Positions 17,935 to 26,331 of a DNA stretch of 31,140 nt are shown here, in pieces (the stretch's first letter is position 1; every line of letters begins with the position of its first letter). The notes under the pieces were generated by a model. That model saw only the letters and a program-made list of their open reading frames with translations, was not told the DNA's origin and ran no database searches. The stretch is from a virus, in the IMG/VR virus record IMGVR_UViG_3300028024_000077, positions 72,341 through 103,480 of that record. One strand, given 5' to 3'. The translations under genes were made by a program, and so were the position numbers.

Positions 17935-18792
17935 ATGGGCGTCCAGATCAACTCGGCGGGCACTTGGAAGAACGTCGGCCAGGCGTGGGTCAAGATGGCT
18001 GGCGTCTGGAGCCAGGTGCAATCCATGTATGCCAGGCAGAGCGGCACCTGGGTTGACGTGACACCCAAGATCACCCTGCTGATCAATGCCAACACCGTCA
18101 ACTACAGCATCAAGACCGCCGCCCTCGCGACCGGCTGGGATGGCGTGACCCCGGTTCGGGTCGAGGTGACGGTCGCTGCCGGCGTGCTGGTCTATTCGAA
18201 CGACACCTCGATCGCCGCGATGCGGACGGACACCGGCTGGCCGGCCGGCAGTAAGGTCACGATCATCAACAATGGCGTGATTGTTGGTATGGGCGGCAAG
18301 GGCGGCAACGGTATGTCCGGCGCAGCGCCGCAGACCGGCTACCCTGGCGGCCCGGCGTTGAGCATTTCGGTCGCGACCTTTCTCTATAACTACGGCACGA
18401 TTGCCGGTGGCGGTGGAGGTGGCGCCGGCGGTGCTCAATTTACCCAGACGGTGAGCGGCGGCATCGATGGCACCCCGACCACCACCACCTACGGCGGCGG
18501 CGGCGGCAGCGGTGGCCGCACGGGTCTGGTTAATTCGCTTGGCGGGGCAGGCGGTAGCGGCAACTACTACGGCTATGCGGGCTATCAAGGCACCTACAGC
18601 GCAGCCGGTATCGCGCAGGTTGACGGCCAGGCGAACAACTCGCTCCATCCAGATGGCGGCGCTGGTGGCAATTGGGGGCAACCGGGCGGCAACTCGAACG
18701 TCGCCGGTGGCGCGGCAGGTAAGTGGGTTGTTGGTCTGGCAAACCTAACCATCTCGGCCAACACTGGCTCTTTGCTGGGGCCGACCGCATGA
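17935..18792 (+). CDS. Gly-rich receptor-binding adhesin (T-even gp38-like)
   Basis: N-terminal Trp repeats; IVGMGGKGGNG, GGPAL, NYGTIAGGGGGGAGG and GGAGGNWGQPGG glycine-rich motifs. Confidence 0.75.
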   Translation: MGVQINSAGTWKNVGQAWVKMAGVWSQVQSMYARQSGTWVDVTPKITLLINANTVNYSIKTAALATGWDGVTPVRVEVTVAAGVLVYSNDTSIAAMRTDTGWPAGSKVTIINNGVIVGMGGKGGNGMSGAAPQTGYPGGPALSISVATFLYNYGTIAGGGGGGAGGAQFTQTVSGGIDGTPTTTTYGGGGGSGGRTGLVNSLGGAGGSGNYYGYAGYQGTYSAAGIAQVDGQANNSLHPDGGAGGNWGQPGGNSNVAGGAAGKWVVGLANLTISANTGSLLGPTA

Positions 18793-19373
18793 GGCATCTC
18801 ATAATGCTGTCGGGCGGGCCGGATAGTGCTTTGGCGCTCAAGCTTGCTTTGACGACCACGGTAGATCCCGTCCTGGCGCTGCATGTCATTATTGCCGATA
18901 GCGGCGGCCGGCATGAGCGGGAAAGCCTAGCTTGCCAGCGGATTGTCGATTTCTGCCAGCGGACATTTCGCCCCTTTGACTATGACGTGGCGAAAATGAC
19001 GCCGCAGAAGAATGGCCGCTGGGCAGACGCGCCGGTCCTCGGCGTCTTTGCCGCCATGAGCTGCCTATATCACGGCGATATCGGCAAGACCTGGCTGGGC
19101 GTGGACGATAGGGCGCGGGACGGGAAGGTTGATCAGGCGTTCCGCGACGTGCTGCGGCACACGGCGTTCCCCGGCTATTTCCCGAATGCGCGGCTACCCG
19201 AAGCGCACTATCCGCGCCCGGACGAAAACCTGACCAAGCAGCAGGTCCGCGAGCAGCTCGGCGAGGATCTATGGGTCCTGACCTGGTCCTGCCGTGCGCC
19301 GAAATTCCCTGGTCGCCCCTGCGGCGACTGCCATTCATGTAAAGCGAGGAGCGCGACTTATGCCGGCGCCTGA
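18789..19373 (+). CDS. QueC-family (PP-loop, Zn-binding) protein, divergent
   Basis: Start ATG 18789 (ATGA overlap with adhesin stop); SGGPDS PP-loop, GGRHERE, LTKQQV, TWSC-x9-CGDCHSC. Confidence 0.8.
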   Translation: MRHLIMLSGGPDSALALKLALTTTVDPVLALHVIIADSGGRHERESLACQRIVDFCQRTFRPFDYDVAKMTPQKNGRWADAPVLGVFAAMSCLYHGDIGKTWLGVDDRARDGKVDQAFRDVLRHTAFPGYFPNARLPEAHYPRPDENLTKQQVREQLGEDLWVLTWSCRAPKFPGRPCGDCHSCKARSATYAGA

Positions 19374-20019
19374 TTTTTATGCCAACGTCAACTTCGGCCA
19401 GTGGCTGAGCGAGCCCGGCCCGCTGCCGCATATCTGGACGGCCTCGAACGGCGATCCGATCATTCTTGGCGCGCTGACCGCCAATCAGCTCGCTGGCTTG
19501 GCCTGGCGAAAGATCGAGCATCGCCATTGGCGGGAGGTCGACCCGCTGATCGAGCAGCAGATGACGCCGGTCAAGAGCCTGGAAGGCAACCAGCCGATCC
19601 TGACCTGGGGCTACGAGTTCTTGCCGGGTGCGCGCCAGGTCATGCAGCAGCGGATTGATGAGCAGGCGGAAGCCATGCGCGCCCAACTGATTACGGCGGC
19701 GCCCGGCCAGGTCATGGAATATGACGAAGCCTACCGCCAGGCGGTGATGGCTCTGGAGCGCTATGAGGCGGGCACGCCGGTCGCCGCCGGCGACTTTCCC
19801 TTCCTGGACACGGACATCGGCGTGACGACCTATGGCGACCGCAAGTGCGAGACCATCCATGAGGTGGCCGAGGTCGTTGTCGGTGCGCGCAATCTCTGGC
19901 ACACCGCCGGCGCGAAGATCCGAGGCGCCCGGTTGAAGGCGAAGCAGATGATTGCCGATGCCGCAACCGACGATGACGCATTCACGGCTTACACCCACGC
20001 ATGGGACGCTCTGGCCTAA
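19360..20019 (+). CDS. Putative tail fibre assembly / fibre-associated protein
   Basis: Start ATG 19360 with GAGGAG RBS; helical C-domain (IRGARLKAKQMIADA) typical of fibre-associated proteins. Confidence 0.55.
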   Translation: MPAPDFYANVNFGQWLSEPGPLPHIWTASNGDPIILGALTANQLAGLAWRKIEHRHWREVDPLIEQQMTPVKSLEGNQPILTWGYEFLPGARQVMQQRIDEQAEAMRAQLITAAPGQVMEYDEAYRQAVMALERYEAGTPVAAGDFPFLDTDIGVTTYGDRKCETIHEVAEVVVGARNLWHTAGAKIRGARLKAKQMIADAATDDDAFTAYTHAWDALA

Positions 20020-20027
20020 CCAGCTTG

Positions 20028-20070
20028 TAAGTCAGACCCTATTCCTTTAAAATAAGTAATCACTGACTTA
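20028..20070. promoter_or_regulatory. Operator-like half copy (20028, TAAGTCA) plus full copy at 20053-20070 (TAAGTAA TCAC TGACTTA), upstream of lysis cassette
   Basis: Full copy is identical to the one at 6823. Confidence 0.8.
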
Positions 20071-20093
20071 TTGGATCGAAAGAGACATCGACA

Positions 20094-20429
20094 ATGAGCG
20101 ACCAACCCATCAATGACGCGGGTGCGACCGTGAACAACCAGGTTCTTCTCGCTCTTGGCGAACTCAAAGGTCAGATGCTCTCGATCTCTGCCTTTTTGCA
20201 GGGTCATTCCGAGCGCATGGATCGTCAGGATAAGCGCCAGGATGATATCGAAGAGACCGTCGAGGGCAACCGCACGGCTGCGAGCGCTGCGCTCAAGGAA
20301 GCCACGGATAAGCACGAAGAGCGCATCCGTAAGGTCGAGCTGAAGATGGCGTACTGGGCCGGCGCGCTCGCGCTCGCGGTCTTCCTCATCGAAATCGTGT
20401 CCCATTTGGACATCATCAAGGTTCACTAA
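20094..20429 (+). CDS. Lysis-cassette membrane protein (coiled coil plus C-terminal TM; holin/antiholin-like)
   Basis: Single hydrophobic stretch YWAGALALAVFLIEIV; stop abuts endolysin ATG. Confidence 0.55.
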   Translation: MSDQPINDAGATVNNQVLLALGELKGQMLSISAFLQGHSERMDRQDKRQDDIEETVEGNRTAASAALKEATDKHEERIRKVELKMAYWAGALALAVFLIEIVSHLDIIKVH

Positions 20430-21008
20430 ATGCCGACAATTCAGGAACTCCTCGATGACGTTGTCGTCAAGGAGGGTGGGTATAACGACATCGCCGAAGA
20501 CGCCGGCGGTGCGACCAATTATGGCATCAGCCTGAAGTACGCTCAAACGGTAGGCGACCGGGATCATGATGGTCAGCTCGATCTCGACATCAATCACGAT
20601 GGCAAGGTCGATAAGGAAGACATCAAGATCCTGCCGAAAGACGTTGCGGAGAAGCTCTATCTCCGCGACTTCTTCGTTGGGCCGCACATCGACAAGATGC
20701 CGATCTCGGTTCAGCCGATCCTCTTCGACTGCGCGATCAACCACGGCCCGAGCCGTGGCATCGAGTTCGTTCAAGAGGTCGTGAACCTGGCCGGCTTCGG
20801 CCCGATCAAGGAAGACGGCGTCATTGGCCCGACCACTATTCGGATGGCGATGCTTTGCGACCGCGAAATGGGTCCGTTCTTCGTCAATGCGGTGGTGGAT
20901 CAGCGCCTGGCCTTCTATGACGCTATCGTCAAGGCCAATCCATCGCAGGCGAAATTCATCAATGGTTGGCGTAATCGCGCCAATAGCTTCAAGGTTGCCG
21001 TGCAATGA
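20430..21008 (+). CDS. Endolysin, glycoside hydrolase family 108 with peptidoglycan-binding C-domain
   Basis: EGGY catalytic motif, DAGGATNYGI, DGVIGPTT, KFINGWRNR. Confidence 0.9.
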   Translation: MPTIQELLDDVVVKEGGYNDIAEDAGGATNYGISLKYAQTVGDRDHDGQLDLDINHDGKVDKEDIKILPKDVAEKLYLRDFFVGPHIDKMPISVQPILFDCAINHGPSRGIEFVQEVVNLAGFGPIKEDGVIGPTTIRMAMLCDREMGPFFVNAVVDQRLAFYDAIVKANPSQAKFINGWRNRANSFKVAVQ

Positions 21009-21676
21009 ACTGGCTCATTAAGCTCCTCGGCGGAGGTATCCTCCAGCCCATTCGCGAAATGCTCGGCATGTTCTTTGGCAATCGGGAGTCCGTCGAGGGC
21101 GCCATCGCCAACGAGCAGCGGGACGCGTCAGAAGCCTACCAGTCCGAATTCCAGTTCCGAGGTCAGCGGTTCTGGTTCGACAGTCTTGTGGACGGCCTAA
21201 ACCGGCTGCCGCGCCCGGTCATTGCCATTGGCGTCTTCGCGCTCATGGTCTATGCGCCGCTCGACCCTGTGCGGTTCTCGATCATTATGCAGGCGTACAC
21301 CCTCGTCCCGGAATGGCTGGCGCTGGTCTTCGCGCAGATCCTGCTGCTCTACTTCGGCGGACGGATGCTTGATAAGTGGCCCGGTAAGATGACCTCTGTC
21401 TCGCCGGCGGACGTTAAGAACGTGCTCTCCAACATCAACGCCCTACATCAGATGGTGCAGGGTGGCGGCGGCCAGCTACCGGCCCCGGCCGCGCCGCCAG
21501 TGGATATGCGACCCGACAGCGAGGCCGGCCGCACGACCTTGCCGCAGGATATGTCCAAGCCAGTTGAGCCCGACGCCGCTTATCAGGCTGATATGGCCGA
21601 CACCTCGACGCCGCTGACGAACGCCAGCATTGCCGAGTGGAACCGACGGCGCCAATACAACCAGGCCCAGCAGTAA
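21005..21676 (+). CDS. Holin, GTA-type 3TM family, with long C-terminal extension
   Basis: DGLNRLPRP motif, hydrophobic helices, LYFGGR; ATGA overlap with endolysin. Confidence 0.8.
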   Translation: MNWLIKLLGGGILQPIREMLGMFFGNRESVEGAIANEQRDASEAYQSEFQFRGQRFWFDSLVDGLNRLPRPVIAIGVFALMVYAPLDPVRFSIIMQAYTLVPEWLALVFAQILLLYFGGRMLDKWPGKMTSVSPADVKNVLSNINALHQMVQGGGGQLPAPAAPPVDMRPDSEAGRTTLPQDMSKPVEPDAAYQADMADTSTPLTNASIAEWNRRRQYNQAQQ

Positions 21677-21677
21677 C

Positions 21678-21715
21678 GACAAGAACGCCCAGGTAGCCCC
21701 TGTGGCGTTCTTGTC
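21678..21715 (+). terminator. Long hairpin closing the late operon
   Basis: GACAAGAACGCC ... GGCGTTCTTGTC 12-bp inverted repeat with inner CAGG/CCTG pairing; no strong U tract. Confidence 0.55.
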
Positions 21716-21771
21716 ACATTAGGGCAGATTATCAGGGAGACCCGAACGACGCATCTTTTCCCATCGAAAGA

Positions 21772-21793
21772 TAACTAAACGCTGACTTATAAT
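21772..21793. promoter_or_regulatory. Operator-like copy (TAACTAA ACGC TGACTTA) overlapping TATAAT at 21788-21793, upstream of phoH
   Basis: One mismatch to consensus. Confidence 0.7.
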
Positions 21794-21828
21794 AGAGCAT
21801 CATCAACACGCGTTTCGGGAGCCCCGTT

Positions 21829-22617
21829 GTGGCCAAGCGTATCAAGCAAACCAAGACATCTCGCCGTCATCAAAGCCCCTCCCTGATCGATAACCACCTC
21901 ACTCGCACTGCCCCGACGCCGGCCGCCAAGAAGCCCATATCGGCGCTGAATGACGCGCAACGGAAATATATCCGCGCTATCGCGTCCAACACCCTCACGT
22001 TCGGCACTGGCCCGGCGGGCACTGGCAAGACGTTCGTTTGCGGCGCGCTGGCGGCAGCGGCGCTGGCCGAGGGTTTGACGGAGCGAATCATCATCACGCG
22101 GCCCGCCGTCGAAGCCGGGCGCGGCCTGGGCTTCCTGCCCGGCGAGCTGGAAGAGAAGTTCGATCCCTATTTCGAGCCGTTCAAGGACGTGCTGGAGGAG
22201 CGGCTGGGGTCCGGCATGGTCGAATACAGCATCAAGGCCGGGAAGATCCAGGCCAAGCCGCTGGAATACATGCGCGGCAAGACCTTCAAGGACGCGTGGG
22301 TCATCCTCGACGAAGCCCAAAACACAACCCCAATTCAGATGAAGCTTTTTCTGACTAGAATAGGGGAGAGCTGCACAGTCATCGTCAACGGCGACTTGGC
22401 CCAGAAAGACATTCGTGGTCGATCGGGTCTCGAAGACGCCATCAAGCGTCTCTATGACATGCCTGACGTAGCCTTCGTGGAATTCACGAAGGCCGACATC
22501 GTGCGCTCCGGTTTAGTTCAGGAGATCGTTGAGCGATATGAAGACATGGGAACAGCGGAGGATGATGGCGGGGAAGGTCTTCGGGAACTTCCCGCTTTCA
22601 TTCACGGCGGACGCTGA
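21829..22617 (+). CDS. phoH: PhoH family ATPase
   Basis: GPAGTGKT, TRPAVE, LGFLPG, YMRGKTF, LDEAQN, NGDLAQKD, DIVRSGLV. Confidence 0.95.
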   Translation: MAKRIKQTKTSRRHQSPSLIDNHLTRTAPTPAAKKPISALNDAQRKYIRAIASNTLTFGTGPAGTGKTFVCGALAAAALAEGLTERIIITRPAVEAGRGLGFLPGELEEKFDPYFEPFKDVLEERLGSGMVEYSIKAGKIQAKPLEYMRGKTFKDAWVILDEAQNTTPIQMKLFLTRIGESCTVIVNGDLAQKDIRGRSGLEDAIKRLYDMPDVAFVEFTKADIVRSGLVQEIVERYEDMGTAEDDGGEGLRELPAFIHGGR

Positions 22618-23284
22618 ATTAGAGATCGAGGCTGCCAAGGTTTTCCTCGGCAAGAAGCGGGGAAATCTGGCGGTCTTCGAATGTGAGGCTGGTCTTTTCA
22701 AGACCAAGTGGTATGACTACCGGCATATTCATTACCTGGCTGCGACCGCCTGGTATATGGAATGCTTCAAGCGCGAATACGGCAAGGCCGTCTGGCGCTG
22801 GATCGATCACACGGCAGGGACGCGGACGGGCCTCACCGCGCATTCCCTGTTCGATCTGAATTCCACCGACATCACCGGGCTGGTTCGCGGTCGGCAGGCG
22901 GCCGACGAGATGGGCATCCCCTACGAGGTCTATATCCGGGCGGCGCTCGATCGCGGGTTGCTCAATGGCAACGCCCGGATGCCGCGCCCGTCTCAGCTCT
23001 ATAGCGCCGAAATGCGGCAAGCTGCGGCAGCTCATTGGCTGGAAGAGACCGATGGTCGGCTGTTCCTGGCTAGAGACCCATTCTACAATGCGGTCAATTA
23101 CAAGGGCCATCCAGACCAGAACGACTATTACGCCTGGCTGGGCTCCAAGATCCGCCAACGGGCGACGCCACAGTTCGCCATCGGCCGCCTCGTGTTTGAC
23201 GAGCAGGTTTTGCCACAGCACCTCGCTCAGCGTGACTTCCCCGATCAATTCGTAAGAGCCCAAGAGATTTGGGCTAAAAAATAA
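22529..23284 (+). CDS. Phage hypothetical protein (replication region); start uncertain (22529/22538/22562)
   Basis: Long ORF overlapping the phoH 3' end; GRQAADEMGIPYEVYI...PRPSQLY; stop is the first 3 nt of an operator copy. Confidence 0.7.
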   Translation: MSDMKTWEQRRMMAGKVFGNFPLSFTADAELEIEAAKVFLGKKRGNLAVFECEAGLFKTKWYDYRHIHYLAATAWYMECFKREYGKAVWRWIDHTAGTRTGLTAHSLFDLNSTDITGLVRGRQAADEMGIPYEVYIRAALDRGLLNGNARMPRPSQLYSAEMRQAAAAHWLEETDGRLFLARDPFYNAVNYKGHPDQNDYYAWLGSKIRQRATPQFAIGRLVFDEQVLPQHLAQRDFPDQFVRAQEIWAKK

Positions 23285-23302
23285 GTAATCACTTACTATA
23301 AT
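23282..23302. promoter_or_regulatory. Operator-like copy (TAAGTAA TCAC TTACTAT) overlapping TATAAT at 23297-23302
   Basis: Precedes the Hfq-like/helicase/primase genes. Confidence 0.75.
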
Positions 23303-23332
23303 ATCGATGCGAGCATTCATTTTGGAGGTATC

Positions 23333-23653
23333 ATGCAAGCAACGATGAAGTTGAGCGCCCAGGCCACTCAGAAGGTCAAGCTGTCGATGGCCCGCTGGGG
23401 TCATCACGATTTCCTGCAAACGCTGGTCGGCAAGGAAGTGGTGCTGATTATCGACGCCGGGATCAATCCGGTGTTCAAGCGAGCCAAGCTGCTCACCTAT
23501 GACAATTACACGGTCGGCATCGCCGGTGACAATGGCGAGATCGGCGCAGTGATCTTCAAGAGCAAAATCGTCGTGGTCGAGCCCTACGACCCCGCCCAGC
23601 ACGACCGCTACTTTCAGCAGCCCGCCCAGGCAACGCAGGGCGCGGCGAGCTAA
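23333..23653 (+). CDS. Hfq/Sm-like protein (putative RNA chaperone fold)
   Basis: GGAGGT RBS; DFLQTL helix, LLTYDNYTV (Sm1-like) and VIFKSKIVVVEP (Sm2-like) align by eye with Hfq PFLNAL / IESFDQFVI / MVYKHAISTVVP. Confidence 0.6.
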   Translation: MQATMKLSAQATQKVKLSMARWGHHDFLQTLVGKEVVLIIDAGINPVFKRAKLLTYDNYTVGIAGDNGEIGAVIFKSKIVVVEPYDPAQHDRYFQQPAQATQGAAS

Positions 23654-23655
23654 CC

Positions 23656-24972
23656 ATGACCGCACCCAGCACCTACGAATTTGACGCTGACTTCCAGGCC
23701 AAGATCGCGGCCATGGTCCTGCGTGATCCGCTGTTCAATCAGCGCACCGCCGGCCTGGTCAATCCGGCCTATTTCGAGAACGTCATTGACGGGGCGTTGG
23801 TCAATCTCGGTCTCAGCTACTTCAACCGCTACAAGCGCTGCGCCGATCTGACGATCCTCAAAAAGCTGTTCAGGGCCCTCTTCGAAAAGAAGATCTTGCG
23901 GGAGGATCTGAAAGGCGAGGCCAAGGATCGGCTGGGTCGCCTGCTGAAAGAGGATATCGGGGATCGCGACTTCGTCGTCGATGAGGTCGCGACCTTCGCT
24001 CAACACCAGGCGCTCGAACAAGCCATTATCGAGGCGGTTGATCACCTCAAGCGGCGGGACTTTGGCAAGATCTCCATTGGCATTAAGAAGGCCATGGAAG
24101 TTGGCGTCACGGCCGGCCTCGGCGAATATGACTATTTCGGCGAGATCGAAAACCGGACGCGCATCCGCAAGGATAAGGCCGCCGGCCTGCTGAAGCCCGA
24201 AGGTATCACCACCGGCATCCACGCGCTCGATGCCGAGCTACTGCACAAAGGCTGGGGTCGGAAAGAGCTGACTGTACTCTTGGGCGGTGCGAAAGCGGGT
24301 AAAACGACTGCCCTGTCGGATTTTGCGAAGTATGCCAGTTTCGCTGGCTTCAACGTGCTCTATCTGACACTTGAAGTCTCTGCGAAGATCATCGCGGAGC
24401 GTCTCGACGCCAACGTGTCGGATACGGTCATCTCGAAGTTGGGTGACCATATCATTGGCGTTCGCGACAAGGTCAAGGAAGCGGAAGCGAGGAGCGGCAA
24501 GCTCATCATCCGCGAGTTCCCGACCGGCAGTCTGCATCCGAGCGATCTGCGCCGGTTGATCTCCCACTATCAGGCCAAGGGGACAACCTTTGATCTGATA
24601 GTGCTCGACTACGCGGATCTGATGGCGCCGGACTTCCGCACGCAAGATCCGATCGAGAACAGCAAGCAGATTTACATCGATCTGCGCGCCATCGCCCAGG
24701 AAGAGAACGTCGCCATGCTGACGGCGACCCAGTCTAACCGCGAAGGCTTCAAGGCAGCGACCGTGAAAGCAGAACATGTCGCTGAGGACTTCAATAAGAT
24801 CCGCATCGCTGACCTGGTGATCTCGATCAACAGAACGGAAGAGGAGAAGGGTCTCGGCGAGGCCCGGCTGTATTTCGCGGCCAGCCGTAATCAGCAGGGC
24901 GGTTTCACCTTGCGGATTAAGCAGGATCTCGAAAAGATGAAATTCCTGATCAGGGTGTTGTCCAAAGAATGA
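23656..24972 (+). CDS. dnaB: Replicative DNA helicase (DnaB-like, SF4)
   Basis: Walker A GGAKAGKT, YLTLE, IVLDYADLM, TATQSNR, ASRN. Confidence 0.92.
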   Translation: MTAPSTYEFDADFQAKIAAMVLRDPLFNQRTAGLVNPAYFENVIDGALVNLGLSYFNRYKRCADLTILKKLFRALFEKKILREDLKGEAKDRLGRLLKEDIGDRDFVVDEVATFAQHQALEQAIIEAVDHLKRRDFGKISIGIKKAMEVGVTAGLGEYDYFGEIENRTRIRKDKAAGLLKPEGITTGIHALDAELLHKGWGRKELTVLLGGAKAGKTTALSDFAKYASFAGFNVLYLTLEVSAKIIAERLDANVSDTVISKLGDHIIGVRDKVKEAEARSGKLIIREFPTGSLHPSDLRRLISHYQAKGTTFDLIVLDYADLMAPDFRTQDPIENSKQIYIDLRAIAQEENVAMLTATQSNREGFKAATVKAEHVAEDFNKIRIADLVISINRTEEEKGLGEARLYFAASRNQQGGFTLRIKQDLEKMKFLIRVLSKE

Positions 24973-25190
24973 GATTGCACGTCCATACCAAGTTCGGCCA
25001 TTTCGTGGCCTCGGGCAAGAAGGGCAATTATCGGGTGGCGATCAAGGACAGAGTCTACCTGTTCTGGTCACACACCGGCACATTGTCTTGGAGCTGCCGG
25101 CGGGAAGACCAGTCGGAACTGGTCACGCTCATTCAGGGGCTAAGCCTCAAGGACTGCATCGAGCAGCTTATCGAGGTCTACTATGGCTGA
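24969..25190 (+). CDS. Small hypothetical protein
   Basis: 73 aa; ATGA-coupled to helicase and overlapping the primase start. Confidence 0.6.
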   Translation: MRLHVHTKFGHFVASGKKGNYRVAIKDRVYLFWSHTGTLSWSCRREDQSELVTLIQGLSLKDCIEQLIEVYYG

Positions 25191-26268
25191 TCTCCAGGAG
25201 CTGCTCGAAGCGATTGACGTGGAGTGGTATCTCGATCGCGAAGGTATCGATTATAAATCCACCCACGGCAGTCGCGGCCGGCAATTGAACATCAAGGAAT
25301 GCCCGACCTGCCACGGCGACACCTACAAGGTCTATATGAACGCCGACAGCGGCCTGGGGAACTGCTTCCACGGCAGTTGCGGCGCAACCTTCAACAAATA
25401 CAAGTTCATTCGGGCCCACCTCGGCGAGCCCTCAAACCATGACGTGATCGCGCATATCAAGGAAGTCGCCCGCGAGATGGGCTGGCGGCCAAAGCGCATG
25501 TCAGTGGTCGAGGTCGAAGAGACGGCCTCGGCCGGCTGGAAGCTGCCGGACAGCTTCCCGATCCCGATAGAAGGTCAGAACCTCGTCTATCTGGAAAGCC
25601 GAGGGGTCAACACCGAGATCGCCCAATACTTCCATCTGCGCTACTGCCATTCAGGCTGGTTCAATTACAAGAACGCCGAGGGCGAGCAGAAAGGCCAAAA
25701 TCACTCTGGCCGGATCATCATCCCCGTCTACGACCTTGAAGGGACGCTGGTCACGTTCCAAGGGCGCGACATCACCAACACGTCGCAGCGGAAATATCTC
25801 TTCCCGCCCGGTCTGCCAGGTACTGGCCGGTTCCTCTACAATGGGCATAACGCCGTCGGCGCGAAGCGGGCGGTCATGGGTGAAGGCGCCTTTGACGTGA
25901 TCGCCACCAAGGTCGCCCTCGACGGTGAGGTCGATCTCCGCGACGTTGTCCCGATCGGCTCATTCGGCAAGCATCTGAGCCACAAAGACGAAGGCGCCGA
26001 CCAGTTGAACGCCTTCTTGAAGCTGCGGGAGCGGGGGCTTCAGGAGATCACCATCATGTGGGATGGCGAGCCGGATGCGCTGGAAGCGGCCCTTCGCGCC
26101 GCCGAGATCCTGGCCGGCGTCGGCTTCAAGATGCGGATCGCTCTGCTTCCAAAAGAGAAAGATCCCAACGAAGTTCCGGCTCAGATGGTGCGCCAGGCGT
26201 TCTGGAAAGCCGAGCCCTATAGCCGGGCCCTGGCCACCAAATGGCGGCTTCGCAACCCCTATAAATAA
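25183..26268 (+). CDS. DNA primase (Zn finger plus TOPRIM)
   Basis: CPTC...CFHGSC Zn motif, RIIIPV, FQGR, GEGAFD, MWDGE, KDPNE. Confidence 0.9.
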   Translation: MADLQELLEAIDVEWYLDREGIDYKSTHGSRGRQLNIKECPTCHGDTYKVYMNADSGLGNCFHGSCGATFNKYKFIRAHLGEPSNHDVIAHIKEVAREMGWRPKRMSVVEVEETASAGWKLPDSFPIPIEGQNLVYLESRGVNTEIAQYFHLRYCHSGWFNYKNAEGEQKGQNHSGRIIIPVYDLEGTLVTFQGRDITNTSQRKYLFPPGLPGTGRFLYNGHNAVGAKRAVMGEGAFDVIATKVALDGEVDLRDVVPIGSFGKHLSHKDEGADQLNAFLKLRERGLQEITIMWDGEPDALEAALRAAEILAGVGFKMRIALLPKEKDPNEVPAQMVRQAFWKAEPYSRALATKWRLRNPYK

Positions 26269-26283
26269 GTCACGATTTACTTC
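26266..26283. promoter_or_regulatory. Operator-like copy (TAAGTCA CGAT TTACTTC) starting at the primase stop codon
   Basis: One mismatch to consensus. Confidence 0.7.
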
Positions 26284-26331
26284 CCTTACTTCGCGCGCTA
26301 GAAAGAAACATCAGCGCAACACGGAGCTGTT

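Noticed and set aside
17932-17937. Stop-codon readthrough or nonsense split fusing fibre and adhesin (TAA ATG in frame; also at 20427-20432)
   Set aside because: Both downstream genes begin with ATG and have normal N-termini; abutting stop/start is ordinary translational coupling
1308-19359. ORF-track starts at 1308, 3673, 11171, 11767, 18723 and 19294
   Set aside because: They extend into upstream genes or regulatory DNA; later starts (1344, 3988, 11270, 11890, 18789, 19360) have RBS or stop/start coupling
18789-19373. Complete 7-deazaguanine DNA modification pathway
   Set aside because: Only a QueC-like gene is visible; no folE, queD, queE or dpdA in the window (they could lie outside it)
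17314-21005. Long minus-strand ORFs (17314-18681, 18889-19998, 20016-21005), and similar ones elsewhere such as 330-1205, 12287-13312, 22619-23665
   Set aside because: Antisense shadows of well-supported + strand genes in high-GC DNA; no recognisable motifs
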